Part shown: piece after piece, positions 35,054-44,164 of the stretch
Layout: each line of letters opens with the position of its first letter
Numbering within the stretch: the first letter of the stretch is position 1
Source: a virus
Taxonomy: Duplodnaviria > Caudoviricetes
Strand: one strand, 5' to 3'
DNA: 44,164 nucleotides
Virus record (IMG/VR): IMGVR_UViG_3300017911_001227
Coordinates: 1-44,164 of that record
Notes under the pieces: model-generated
Told to the model about the DNA's origin: nothing
The model's input: the letters and a program-made list of their open reading frames with translations, nothing else
Database searches by the model: none
Made by a program: the position numbers and the translations under genes

Positions 35054-36640
35054 TTATTGGCCAGCAGCGGCAGACTGGTTAGCCATTGCGCTGATCGCGG
35101 GGGCTGTCCCTTTGTCCACTAGAGCCTGAGCCATTGCGGCCTCTTGCTGTTGCTGCTGCTCTGCGGCTATCTCTGCATCACTCTTGACAAGCCCTGAGGT
35201 ATCTATATTATGCCCATTAGCTATGCGCGTAATGAGCTCAGAGTGGTTTAACCTCTGAAGTATCTCAGGCATCGCGCCTGCTAGAACCATAAGGTCATTA
35301 GAGAAGCCTCTAAGCCTGTTCAGGTCCTGCCCTCTACCCAGTGCTTCTGTACCAGTGATGATTATAGGCTCAATGTAGCCCTCAATAGCAGGGATGTCCG
35401 GAAGTTTACCTTCGCGCATCATGAGCTGCATCCAGCGCTTAACTAGCGGCAGTTGAAACTCTTGAGCCATCAGGGAGTAGTAGCCCCCCAAAACATCCTC
35501 GATCTCGCCTGCCATGATTTGCAGCTCGTAGGCTGTAACTCGCTCGGCATCCCGCTGAACCGAAGAGTTCATCAGGAAGGCCCTTTCAAGGCGGTTAAGG
35601 ATAGTCTGTAGTACACGCTCTGCAACTTGGAAGTCTGCCAGTTTATCGGCACGCAGCGCGTTTACATCCTCTTCTCGTCCAGAGGCAAAGTCACCGTTCT
35701 CTGCTTCGTTCAGGTCGTCAACATCTGTAAGCCCGTTGGGGTTCACAAGCCAGAGAAGTTTACTTGCAATCATACCGCCCTGCACGATGGACTTAGTAAG
35801 TTCCTCGGCAGACATTAGGTCGCCATAGAGTTCCTCGACGTAGGACCTTCCGTAATCCTCACCGTCCACACTGATCATGCGCAGAGGGAGCCACGGGTTG
35901 CTGTTGTTATTATATGTCCCACGTGTCCCGGGGACCTCTTCGCCTTCGATCTCTTGATAGGACACCCATCTGTCTTTCGACTGTAGCTCTACTATCGTGT
36001 AAATCTCTAGGTCCTCTTTGAGGTCCTGCTGCTTTTCGGCCTTTACCTTAGCTTCGATCTGTGTTACAAACCTAGGGTCTAGTGTCTTCTTTGAGACCAT
36101 CTCTCTTAAGATGACCAAAGTAGTGTTACCTGCGCGGTCCCGTTTGACGATATAGTCACGCAGAGAATAGCAGTTAGCAGTGTCCACGTTCACCAGAGCG
36201 TTACCTGAGACTATCAGGTGCTTCATGATGCTGAACGTGTTAGTCCGGAGCTTTGTAGTCTCCATGTCGTCAGCTATCTCGTTCTCTAGGCGCTGTAGCC
36301 CCGAGTCGATCTCAGCTTTAAGTTTCTCTGCTTCCTCGCCCTCAAGTTGGAGAACCTCTTCTCGGGCTTCCTTAGACATGCGCATCATAAAGAAGGGCGA
36401 GTTAGAAGGTAGCAGCGTCATGACCATCTTAGCGGTCAAAGTGTTTACACCTATAGACCCTACAGATTGCCAAGGTTGCTCTAGTGCAATATCCTCGTTA
36501 CGCTGCGTCCTGTCCTTCTCGTCAGGTATAAGCGCGGGTATCGTTAGCTTGGCGCACTCATAGGCGCGTCTCAGGTATCTGTGCCGGGAGGGTTTGTGGC
36601 TGTCGTAAAGGCTCTTAACGGATTTCTTCTTGTCTTCCAC
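35054..36640 (-). CDS. Portal / head-tail connector (gp8)
   Basis: CAKLTIP, PWQSVG, GEDYGRSYVEE, RDAERVTA and TGTEALGRGQD. Confidence 0.97.
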   Translation of the reverse strand: MEDKKKSVKSLYDSHKPSRHRYLRRAYECAKLTIPALIPDEKDRTQRNEDIALEQPWQSVGSIGVNTLTAKMVMTLLPSNSPFFMMRMSKEAREEVLQLEGEEAEKLKAEIDSGLQRLENEIADDMETTKLRTNTFSIMKHLIVSGNALVNVDTANCYSLRDYIVKRDRAGNTTLVILREMVSKKTLDPRFVTQIEAKVKAEKQQDLKEDLEIYTIVELQSKDRWVSYQEIEGEEVPGTRGTYNNNSNPWLPLRMISVDGEDYGRSYVEELYGDLMSAEELTKSIVQGGMIASKLLWLVNPNGLTDVDDLNEAENGDFASGREEDVNALRADKLADFQVAERVLQTILNRLERAFLMNSSVQRDAERVTAYELQIMAGEIEDVLGGYYSLMAQEFQLPLVKRWMQLMMREGKLPDIPAIEGYIEPIIITGTEALGRGQDLNRLRGFSNDLMVLAGAMPEILQRLNHSELITRIANGHNIDTSGLVKSDAEIAAEQQQQQEAAMAQALVDKGTAPAISAMANQSAAAGQ

Positions 36641-36642
36641 GG

Positions 36643-36861
36643 TTAGCCCATCCTAGCCACGTTGGCCCCAGAGCTACCTGAAATCCTAATATCAGTGCGC
36701 ATACTTCTGCGCGACCTTGCGTTGTTACTGCGAATATCCCCGTCGCGGTAGGTTGTTCTCTCGTTCATCTTGAACCGCTCAGCGGTGGGTAGTGGTGCCG
36801 CAGGTGCAGCGCCGGTATTCTGTGCGCTCTTGTCGGGCTTAGGCGCTTTAATCGTACACAT
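36643..36861 (-). CDS. Small virion protein (gp6.7/7.3 position)
   Basis: Starts MC, basic, directly before portal. Confidence 0.65.
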   Translation of the reverse strand: MCTIKAPKPDKSAQNTGAAPAAPLPTAERFKMNERTTYRDGDIRSNNARSRRSMRTDIRISGSSGANVARMG

Positions 36862-37042
36862 ATACGCGCTCCTGTTGTCTATTGTAGTTTTGTCTTAGTA
36901 GGTTCATTACATCCTGCTGTCCGCGCACTACCTCGAAGTTTTCTTTCGTGGCGTGGTACGGGAACTTATCAGGGAACACCCTTTCCAAGGCCTCCATAAG
37001 TACCGGAGGTATTTCTGGTAGTTTATGTTTATGGCTGTCCAT
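36848..37042 (-). CDS. Small conserved protein (gp6.5 position)
   Basis: LERVFPD...RGQQDV pattern and synteny. Confidence 0.65.
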   Translation of the reverse strand: MDSHKHKLPEIPPVLMEALERVFPDKFPYHATKENFEVVRGQQDVMNLLRQNYNRQQERVYVYD

Positions 37043-37065
37043 AGTATACCTCCAGTCAGTTCTGT

Positions 37066-37320
37066 CTATTTACGCGGGGTTATTTTGCGCCTCCTGTGGT
37101 GGTGCGGGAAGGTGCGAATTACCTTAACAGAGCCGATGGTGTCACCGATTTCGTTTGAGTACATTAGAAGTTGCCCATATTCCCCAGACAGGATTTCATC
37201 TAAGAACCATGCAATCGACTCCTCGTCATCGCCGTGCATGAGTTCTGCATCATAACGCATCTCAATTTCCATTCTCACTATGCCTTCTTTGCCAGTCATA
37301 TAGCTACCGTCATGTCTCAA
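37066..37320 (-). CDS. Hypothetical protein (start uncertain)
   Basis: ORF on the coding strand filling the gap. Confidence 0.45.
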   Translation of the reverse strand: MRHDGSYMTGKEGIVRMEIEMRYDAELMHGDDEESIAWFLDEILSGEYGQLLMYSNEIGDTIGSVKVIRTFPHHHRRRKITPRK

Positions 37321-37417
37321 GCTCCCATAATCTTTCGTCTTTCTCCCGTGGCGCGGTCACTATCGGTTGCCAATCAGGCATTTTTATATCCTCTAGGTTT
37401 ACAAATACACACAAGGT

Positions 37418-37446
37418 TAAAAACCCCCAGCAAATACCGGGGGCTC
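37418..37446 (-). terminator. Intrinsic terminator after replication genes
   Basis: GAGCCCCCGG-TATTTG-CTGGGGG followed by TTTTT. Confidence 0.7.
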
Positions 37447-37462
37447 ACAAAGAACATTTCCA

Positions 37463-38065
37463 TCACACCTTCTCCCCTCTAAGGCTGTTCCTGCACTGCG
37501 CGTGGCGAAGTACACCCTCAAGCAACTCAGGGTTACCGTAAGGGTTTCGGTCGTCGTTAAGCGTTTCGTTCACAACTGCGTCCAAAAGGATAGCGCAGGA
37601 TGACATGATGTGGGCTAGGTGACTAAGGCCACTGTCCGAAGCGTTATCCTGTCCTGCCCGGTACAGCAGGAGGTGCCGCTCTATAGCGTCCACATATACA
37701 GAAGCGCGAACCTTAGACGCTCTCCAGTTGAAAGCGCCATACTTTAAAGCGCCGTCCCTGAACGCTTGCGCCAGTTGCACTATGGCAATCTCGGGGATTA
37801 GCGAGGGAGATATTTTATGTACAGATGTAAGGTCCTTGTAGTTAGGGTCCTTAGTCTCTCCTGTAGGTTCATCTTCGAGCGTAACCGTGTAGTAACCGTC
37901 GTCCTCAGGCTCGTCAAATCTAGGCATAGTATCCTCGTTGCTTTCTTTTCTCTTTGTACGCACAGCGTAATCAGGATCGAGACACGAAGTGTAAGGCTGC
38001 GAGCCGCACCATGTGCAACGAACCCCGGGGTCCTTAGGGCAAGGTTCTTTGATAAATTCAGTCAT
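37463..38065 (-). CDS. dATP/dGTP diphosphohydrolase-like protein (DUF5664-type)
   Basis: GALKYGAFNWR, DAIERHL and DSGLSHLAH motifs. Confidence 0.8.
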   Translation of the reverse strand: MTEFIKEPCPKDPGVRCTWCGSQPYTSCLDPDYAVRTKRKESNEDTMPRFDEPEDDGYYTVTLEDEPTGETKDPNYKDLTSVHKISPSLIPEIAIVQLAQAFRDGALKYGAFNWRASKVRASVYVDAIERHLLLYRAGQDNASDSGLSHLAHIMSSCAILLDAVVNETLNDDRNPYGNPELLEGVLRHAQCRNSLRGEKV

Positions 38066-38846
38066 TGTATTCCGGAGGTAACCAAGGGATCACCTGTTTA
38101 GTTTTAGGGTTATAGTCCGACGCTCTCAGTATCCGGGCCACGCGGGCCTGAGATAAGGCGAAGTCACCGTCCAAGCCTTTAGCCTCGTAAGAAGGAACAA
38201 TAATGTCGTCCCAGACTTCTGAGATTTCAGTAGAGGCTACAGGTGCGTCTAGCAGTTTCAGGGCAGTCTTAAGGCCTACTCCCGGACACCCGGGGTAACC
38301 ATCAGTAGCGTCCCCGGTTAGAGCCTGTAGCAGGTGCATCCAGTTTGCTTCTGCTTCTGTGACTTCAAAGAACTCGCCCTTGCGGAAGTTGTAGTGTCTC
38401 CCGGGTATAGTGGCTAGGTCCTTATCAACAGTAACGCATATAGTATCCCCAGAGCCGGGCTTGGTCTGGAGGATGCCCATAATATCATCACCCTCCAGTC
38501 CGGGGATGTATCTACCCCAGCTCTGCTCTGAGGCCCACTTGCGTAGAGGCCCTACGAGCATAGGTTTCCACTGAGGTTTAGACGGGGAACGGTTAGCCTT
38601 GTAGTCCGAGTAGTAATCGAAGCGCCAATTCTCGGAGCTTTCAGTTACTGCCCCTATGAACTCAGAAGCACCTACAGTCTCGGCTATGTCCTGTAGCTGT
38701 CCGCTGAGCATACACTTAGCTTCGTCCCAGTGAGCCGTCCGGGTCCACAGGTAATCTCCTGTTTCTTCGTCTGGCCACGGGATAGTCTCCTCGCATGTAT
38801 TTGCGACCTCGTATATAAGTATGTCAGCGTCTATCAGTGCTTTCAT
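38058..38846 (-). CDS. 5'-3' exonuclease (gp6)
   Basis: LIDADILIY, YKANR, LEGDD, DKDL and LTGDATDGYPGCPGVG. Confidence 0.95.
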   Translation of the reverse strand: MKALIDADILIYEVANTCEETIPWPDEETGDYLWTRTAHWDEAKCMLSGQLQDIAETVGASEFIGAVTESSENWRFDYYSDYKANRSPSKPQWKPMLVGPLRKWASEQSWGRYIPGLEGDDIMGILQTKPGSGDTICVTVDKDLATIPGRHYNFRKGEFFEVTEAEANWMHLLQALTGDATDGYPGCPGVGLKTALKLLDAPVASTEISEVWDDIIVPSYEAKGLDGDFALSQARVARILRASDYNPKTKQVIPWLPPEYND

Positions 38847-38850
38847 TGTG

Positions 38851-39456
38851 TTAGGCCTTTCTACCGCCTAGAACCTCAACGGCAGGCTCAGCGAACTCCG
38901 GGTATTTGTTGTAAATATCGCCCCAGATTTCATTTGTTATTTTGCAACTATCCGGGTGGTTATCCCGCAGGTAATGGACGCTACTATACAGCCCGAAGAA
39001 GTCTAACAATGAGCCTGTGAGCAGTACTTTCTGCTCTGCGCTTTGGGGCAAGAACTCTAATGCTTGTTTGCGGTTTATATCAGCATCAACTGCAATTTGG
39101 TGCTGCACGAGACATGCAGTGACTAGACTTTCTAGGGCGCTCTCTAGGTCATCACTGTCCGGGTGAAACAGGTTAGACCAGCGCTTAAGGAACCCCGGGG
39201 TGTCCTTAACGATTTGACCGTGTGCAGGGGCCAAAGCGACCTTACCAGTAAACACATTGGCAAGCTCCAAGGCCGCTGCTGCTGATACTACACAAGAGTA
39301 GGTCAACATGTAACAACGCAGAGGCGCAGTGTGGTTCCGCTCTAACCAAGTCCGTATTACAGCCTTAGCGGCGTGGGCTGTATCTACATGACCAACACCT
39401 CCGGCCTCTAGTGCTGTGGTTATAGGGCTGTACTCCCGTAAAACTGTGTCTGTCAT
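38851..39456 (-). CDS. Hypothetical protein, possibly a degenerate ThyX-fold protein
   Basis: HTAPL near the N-terminus and QALEFLPQS....LTGSL near the C-terminus resemble ThyX; RHRxxS is absent. Confidence 0.5.
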   Translation of the reverse strand: MTDTVLREYSPITTALEAGGVGHVDTAHAAKAVIRTWLERNHTAPLRCYMLTYSCVVSAAAALELANVFTGKVALAPAHGQIVKDTPGFLKRWSNLFHPDSDDLESALESLVTACLVQHQIAVDADINRKQALEFLPQSAEQKVLLTGSLLDFFGLYSSVHYLRDNHPDSCKITNEIWGDIYNKYPEFAEPAVEVLGGRKA

Positions 39457-39692
39457 TCTATGATCCCCTTCAGTGACCAGAGTGTAGTGAGGCCTTTTGG
39501 CGTGATAAGGTGGACAACTCCGAATAGGTTAGGCCCTACTCTAGTTGTTATAAGGTTGCGCTCGGTAGCCATGGCCACCACTTCGGCGTGCTCCCGAACC
39601 AAAGTAGAGCGAGTAGTGAACCCGCCCTGCCACGCGCTATCGAGCACGTTTATGAGTGTATCTAGGTGTTCCATCAGTGTGTATCTTTCCAA
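39453..39692 (-). CDS. T7 gp5.7-like winged-helix protein
   Basis: FTTRSTLVREHAEVVAMATERNLIT...ITPKG resembles gp5.7 (FQSNYVRNNASLVAEAASRGHIS...ITASG); follows polA. Confidence 0.7.
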   Translation of the reverse strand: MERYTLMEHLDTLINVLDSAWQGGFTTRSTLVREHAEVVAMATERNLITTRVGPNLFGVVHLITPKGLTTLWSLKGIIE

Positions 39693-41701
39693 GATTGGCC
39701 AACTTCAGCTTCGCCCGCTAATGGGCACCTGAAGTGTAGTAGTTTCCCTGCTTCCTCGATGGACCACGTAGCTACCGCTTGCAGTGTATCCGCTAGGTCG
39801 GGCCTAACAGTCATCTGGAACTCGTCGTGGACATTGGCTACCAGAGCCCAGTCCTTGCCGTGCTCGTGTCCAAGGTCGCACATTTTCTCGTAAACCAGTG
39901 CCGTGGCTAGTTTCATGGCTACTGCCCCTGCGTTCTGCAACAGGGTGTTCAGGGCAGCGTGGAGGTGCCTTGTAGGTATACGCCTACCGTCGATCCCTCG
40001 TACCCACCCGTTCTTTTTTGCAGCGGCCTTAACGGCAGACACCAGACCTGCAAGGCCCGGAGTTCCCTTTAAGAACTTCTTCTTTAGCTTAGAGCCGTCC
40101 TCCGCTGTGCCTTTAACAATCCGGCCTATCTCTGCGTCCCCGGCACCGTAAAGGAACCCGTATATGAAGGTTTTCGCATTAGCACGGGAAGGTAAACCTG
40201 CGGTCTTCTGGTTCATAGTGTGAATGTCCGTGCCGTCCTCTTTGCGGCCTTCAGCTACGATCTTAGCGTATCTCCCGCCGTCATTAATGAAGTGGGCAAG
40301 GCATCTCAGCTCTAGTTCGGAAGCGTCGCAACCAACCAGAACATGGCCATCGTCAGGTATAAACAGTGCTCGGCATTCTGCGCCGTAAGGAACCGGGCCT
40401 TTAGCGTTCTGTATAGAGGGCACTTGAGCCACGTTAGGTTTACTGTGGGTGCATCGTCCTGTGATCGCCCCGAGTGTGTTGACCTGTCCATGTATTCTTC
40501 CATTCTTTACTGTTTTGAGCCACGCTTGGTCACCGTCTGCTAACTGAGACAGGCGCTTGATAACCATGAAGTATTCAGAGAGGCGCTTGGCTGGAGGGTA
40601 AGGAAGCTTAGACAATACAGCGTCGTCAATCTTAGCCTTACCAGTATCCGTGAACACCGAAGGCGACCAGCCGTACAACTTCTTGAGCCTGTCCTCTATG
40701 TGCGCCCTAGAGCCCGGGTTAAACACTCTGAGTTCTGCTTTACTGTACGGTGCCTCGGGGTCCGTGTGCTCGTAGTACCCGCGCTGCGTGACTGGCACTT
40801 TCACCTTACGCTGCACTTTCTTACCGTTCTTCTGCGTGTGCGTGTACGTCTCTCCAGTTTCCCTCTTAATAGTGCGCGTAACACTACCTTCAGGGTGCTC
40901 TACGAAGCGCCTCTGCATCTTCGCAGGTGTGAACTTACCAGAGGCTGTCCACCACGGCTCGAACAGGCTCAGCAGTTCATCATCAAGCTCAGCTTTGCGT
41001 AGACGCAGGGTAGCTTCGAGTTCCTTAGCTGCACCAACGTCGAACCTGAACCCGTGCTGCTCTTGAGCGTGTATAGCTGACTGAAACCTGTGCTCTATAT
41101 CTAAAGCGAGCGCCCACTCACTATCTATGGCGAACTTCTTGCGGATCATAAAGTACAGGTCTGCGGTTACTACTACATCCTGCTCGCAATAGTCCTGCAT
41201 GGCCTTATTCCACGAAGCCCAAGGGTCCAAGCCCTTCGCCTTCATTTCCTCGGAGTAATCACCCTTGAGGACGTTCAGGCGGTAGCCCCACGCTTCTAGC
41301 GCGTGAGACCCTATGCGTTTGCCGGGAAGCGTGGGAGGTACCCCTCTCTTTTCCTGCTGTTTGCGCACGCGGAAGTCCATGTCGCGTATGTTAGGGAACA
41401 ACAAGCGAACCATAAGAAGCGTATCAGTCAGCTTAGCGTTGTGCTCCCATGTAGGGTGTAGCTTCTGAATGACAGGCACATCGAACTTAATAATGTTATG
41501 TCCGCACAATTCTGTAGCGGCGCTGAGCCGGAAAAGCCCTTCGCTCACCGGGCGGTACTTCCGCTTATCATCGCCCCAGAAGCCTTCGTCAGCATAACTG
41601 AACATCTCACCAGTGTCCATATCCATGAGCACTAGGGAGTGTATAGTTGTTACTGTGTCCAGAAAGCCATCAGTCTCTATATCGAAGAAGTACCGAGCCA
41701 T
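39674..41701 (-). CDS. polA: DNA polymerase, family A (gp5)
   Basis: FDIET, GHNIIKFD, DASELELR, AKTFIYGFLYG and VHDE. Confidence 0.98.
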   Translation of the reverse strand: MARYFFDIETDGFLDTVTTIHSLVLMDMDTGEMFSYADEGFWGDDKRKYRPVSEGLFRLSAATELCGHNIIKFDVPVIQKLHPTWEHNAKLTDTLLMVRLLFPNIRDMDFRVRKQQEKRGVPPTLPGKRIGSHALEAWGYRLNVLKGDYSEEMKAKGLDPWASWNKAMQDYCEQDVVVTADLYFMIRKKFAIDSEWALALDIEHRFQSAIHAQEQHGFRFDVGAAKELEATLRLRKAELDDELLSLFEPWWTASGKFTPAKMQRRFVEHPEGSVTRTIKRETGETYTHTQKNGKKVQRKVKVPVTQRGYYEHTDPEAPYSKAELRVFNPGSRAHIEDRLKKLYGWSPSVFTDTGKAKIDDAVLSKLPYPPAKRLSEYFMVIKRLSQLADGDQAWLKTVKNGRIHGQVNTLGAITGRCTHSKPNVAQVPSIQNAKGPVPYGAECRALFIPDDGHVLVGCDASELELRCLAHFINDGGRYAKIVAEGRKEDGTDIHTMNQKTAGLPSRANAKTFIYGFLYGAGDAEIGRIVKGTAEDGSKLKKKFLKGTPGLAGLVSAVKAAAKKNGWVRGIDGRRIPTRHLHAALNTLLQNAGAVAMKLATALVYEKMCDLGHEHGKDWALVANVHDEFQMTVRPDLADTLQAVATWSIEEAGKLLHFRCPLAGEAEVGQSWKDTH

Positions 41702-41709
41702 TGTTAGTC

Positions 41710-41955
41710 CTAACTGTTCTTAATTACCGCCCTGTAGTAGGCCTTATTGTAGGCTGAGACTTTCTCTAAGTTCTCAGCCCTGTATCTCTTAGCGTATTCT
41801 TTTCGCTCTTTAGAGTTTTTCTGATAATATTCTTTCCGACTTTTGCTGATACAATGTTTACATTGTGAAACTCTGCCATCACTTGTTCTCGTGTCTTTGT
41901 AGTAATTTGTTAGAGGATATGTTACCCTGCACTTACTGCATGTCTTCCATGCCAT
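41710..41955 (-). CDS. Zinc-finger protein resembling the N-terminus of an HNH homing endonuclease (no nuclease domain)
   Basis: KTCSKC..YYKD...DG..SQCKHC plus a basic helix; AT-rich relative to its neighbours; probable start MAWK at 41955. Confidence 0.55.
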   Translation of the reverse strand: MAWKTCSKCRVTYPLTNYYKDTRTSDGRVSQCKHCISKSRKEYYQKNSKERKEYAKRYRAENLEKVSAYNKAYYRAVIKNS

Positions 41956-41965
41956 AGGGTCAGAA

Positions 41966-43657
41966 CTATACGAAGTTGTACCCTTCTGAGTCGGCGTGCT
42001 CATCTTCTGTATCTCTTTTTGTCTGTGTAGTTGGAGGGGCCTCGCCCTCTTCTTGCAGTGCAGTCTCCGGGTTATACTTTAAGTAGAACGTCTGGCCCGT
42101 AGATTGTCCTGTAAGTCTGTCCTTAATCACCCTGAATAATGAGGTGTGCCTAGCTTCCTCGCACTCCGCTTGAGTGTCCCGCTCTAGTCCCCACATGTAA
42201 TCAGCGAACCGCATGATAGCACGTGAACCTGTGAACTGCTTACCTTCCACACGCCCGCCTTCTTCGTGCGGCGCTCCGGAAGATGGCGTTGTGAGGTGAG
42301 ACAGGAAGTGGATCGTTACACCGAGCTGCGAAGCCATCTGCTTAGCGTCACTGAGTAGGCCGTCCAGAAACCTGCGCTCGTCGTCAGCGTGTGACGCTAG
42401 TAGAGTGAGGTTATCGAGGTAGACAGTCTGAACACCGTAGACCTTAGCAGTCCAGCGAACCCACTTGGCAATCTCAGGCCAGCTTGTGGGTAACTTGCGG
42501 TGATCATAGATGTGTACCTTTTCTAGGTACGGCTTCAGTACGCGGCGTAGCTCGTCTTCGTCGTACGGGTAATCCGGCTTAAAGTACGGAACACCTGCGA
42601 GCTTTGCTGCTAGTCTTTTGGGTGTCTCAGCAGGGGATTGCTCACCGTGCCAGATAGCCACAGAGTGGCCCATAGACAGGTCATGCGCTTCCATCTCGGT
42701 GAACAGGTCCGTCTTACCGATGCCTACACCTGCACCCCCTACCCACACTTGGCCGGGCTTAGGGCCGTAGGACATTTCATAGAGTTTGCGCAGGCAAGTA
42801 GGAAGACTAAGGCCCCACTCTACAGGCTTTACGGCTTCGTCTATCAGGTCCGATAGCGACACCATGTTATCCGGGCGGTAAGGCTGCGCGTTAAACACGG
42901 CGCTTATGATGTCCCTAGAGCGCCCGGCTAATAGCAGGTCGTTAGGGTCGTAGCCGTCCGGCATCTCGGCTATGTAAGCCTTCCCCGGCGTGAGCAGCGC
43001 TGCACATTCGCGGGCAGCTTTACGCCCCGGGTCGTCCCCGTCAAACATAAAGATGACTTCATCGAACGTCTCTAGCCAGTCTGAGGCTCGCTGTACGTAC
43101 TTCTCCGAGTTGGTCCCCGGGGCTCCTACCACAGGCCACTTGAGGTCCTGCACTTGCGCCACGGTCATAGCGTCAATCTCGCCCTCAGTGACGACTATCT
43201 TGCGACCGCCACTGCCCCACGCTTGCTGGCCGAACAGTTGGAATATCCGAGCAGTTTCACCTGTCCACGGCATATCCTTGTTACCATCAGCATCCTTAGG
43301 GAGACGGATGTGCTGAGCTACCATATCGCCCTTGCGGTCGAAGTACGGGGCTATATGGCACGGGCTACCTGTCTTATAGGTACCCACTTGATACCGGAAT
43401 TTGCGTAGAGTTTCTTCGCGCAGGCCGCGACTGGCCAAATCAGTATAAGTTCCATGCAACATACCAGAAAACACTCCAGTTTTAGATTTTGAACGAATAG
43501 AGCCCCCCTCAGAATTACCTGTGGGAGGCTCATAGTGGCCGCATCCGAAGCAGTAAGCGTGGCCATCAGAGTAGCGTGCTAGGTTATCCCTAGAACCGCA
43601 CTCGGGGCATGGCTCTTTCGCTACGAATACAGAGGTGTCCTCGCTGTCCTCATACAT
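41966..43657 (-). CDS. Primase-helicase (gp4)
   Basis: CPECGSRD..HAYCFGC zinc finger, TEGEIDA, FDGDDPG, GAGVGIGKT and HEEGG. Confidence 0.97.
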   Translation of the reverse strand: MYEDSEDTSVFVAKEPCPECGSRDNLARYSDGHAYCFGCGHYEPPTGNSEGGSIRSKSKTGVFSGMLHGTYTDLASRGLREETLRKFRYQVGTYKTGSPCHIAPYFDRKGDMVAQHIRLPKDADGNKDMPWTGETARIFQLFGQQAWGSGGRKIVVTEGEIDAMTVAQVQDLKWPVVGAPGTNSEKYVQRASDWLETFDEVIFMFDGDDPGRKAARECAALLTPGKAYIAEMPDGYDPNDLLLAGRSRDIISAVFNAQPYRPDNMVSLSDLIDEAVKPVEWGLSLPTCLRKLYEMSYGPKPGQVWVGGAGVGIGKTDLFTEMEAHDLSMGHSVAIWHGEQSPAETPKRLAAKLAGVPYFKPDYPYDEDELRRVLKPYLEKVHIYDHRKLPTSWPEIAKWVRWTAKVYGVQTVYLDNLTLLASHADDERRFLDGLLSDAKQMASQLGVTIHFLSHLTTPSSGAPHEEGGRVEGKQFTGSRAIMRFADYMWGLERDTQAECEEARHTSLFRVIKDRLTGQSTGQTFYLKYNPETALQEEGEAPPTTQTKRDTEDEHADSEGYNFV

Positions 43658-43964
43658 CTAATACGTCTGAGGCTTGCTCTATCAGTACCGTGAGTTGGTC
43701 CAACTGAGCTATTTCGTCGTCGAGAAGCGTGATAGTCTCATTAAGATACGCTACCATTCGCTCGCAATCCTCGGCTCTTTTGTTGCGAAGTTCAGCAGCT
43801 TTTGCAATCTCTGTGAGAAGGTATTCTGTCCTTCCTTTTATCTGCACTAATGTAGGCGCAACAAACAGGGAAGATACACTGCGACCTATAGAGCCTGCAA
43901 AGTCACGAATATTTTCGGCAGCGTAGCTCAAGCGTTCTCGTGTTGTTGAGAGGAAATTTTTCAT
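43650..43964 (-). CDS. Hypothetical coiled-coil protein
   Basis: 104-aa ORF between the amidase and primase genes. Confidence 0.65.
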   Translation of the reverse strand: MKNFLSTTRERLSYAAENIRDFAGSIGRSVSSLFVAPTLVQIKGRTEYLLTEIAKAAELRNKRAEDCERMVAYLNETITLLDDEIAQLDQLTVLIEQASDVLDV

Positions 43965-43995
43965 TGCAATACCTGCTGTTATTGTTTGGGGAGTG

Positions 43996-44164
43996 TTAGT
44001 CTAATGCGAAGTACGCGGGTACATCGAAACAGGGGCAGGCCTTAGTACTGTCTAAGTCCCTATGGCCTAACCAGATTGGGTCGTTGTGGGCCTCGTCCAG
44101 CTCTTGCTTTAGTTCACGTAGAGCGTGCATCTGAGCGAGTGTGTAGTTGAACTCAGGGCGTCCA
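43996..44164 (-). CDS. Amidase 3' part (continuation of 1-398)
   Basis: Reads ...GHRDLDSTKACPCFDVPAYFALD, then stop at 43996-43998. Confidence 0.9.
   Translation of the reverse strand, partial: GRPEFNYTLAQMHALRELKQELDEAHNDPIWLGHRDLDSTKACPCFDVPAYFALD
44024..44164. repeat. Terminal direct repeat (copy 2)
   Basis: Identical to 1-141. Confidence 0.95.

Noticed and set aside
37463-38065. Z-genome (2-aminoadenine) pathway
   Set aside because: No purZ or datZ is recognisable anywhere in the complete genome.
102-43926. Plus-strand ORFs in the track (e.g. 8920-9480, 22914-23549, 26308-26976)
   Set aside because: They are antisense shadows of well-supported minus-strand genes, with no recognisable motifs.

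Overview
The window is a complete, circularly assembled ~44.0 kb T7-like podovirus genome (Autographiviridae-type); bases 1-141 duplicate 44024-44164. All genes are on the minus strand. The likely physical ends lie in the ~9.7-10.5 kb non-coding gap. Transcription order from there: host sigma70 promoter, four early genes, wHTH repressor, tyrosine integrase, attP, phage RNA polymerase, SSB, endonuclease I, amidase, primase-helicase, DNA polymerase A, exonuclease, portal, scaffold, capsid, tail tubes, internal virion proteins, fibres, membrane proteins and terminase. The phage appears temperate, and its attP core is the 5' half of a tRNA-Leu(CAA). The most striking unannotated feature is three near-identical type II hammerhead ribozymes, each with a loop-I/3'-tail pseudoknot and each placed directly upstream of one of the first three early genes. 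They would cut the early transcript into gene-sized RNAs, a job RNase III does in T7. A separate 24-nt pseudoknot module accompanies them, and an rrn-like boxB/boxA element precedes them. The major capsid gene is split by a 606-nt group I intron carrying an EndoVII-type homing endonuclease. The large internal virion protein carries ART-like and HExxH peptidase-like modules. All calls come from reading the sequence; no database searches were run.
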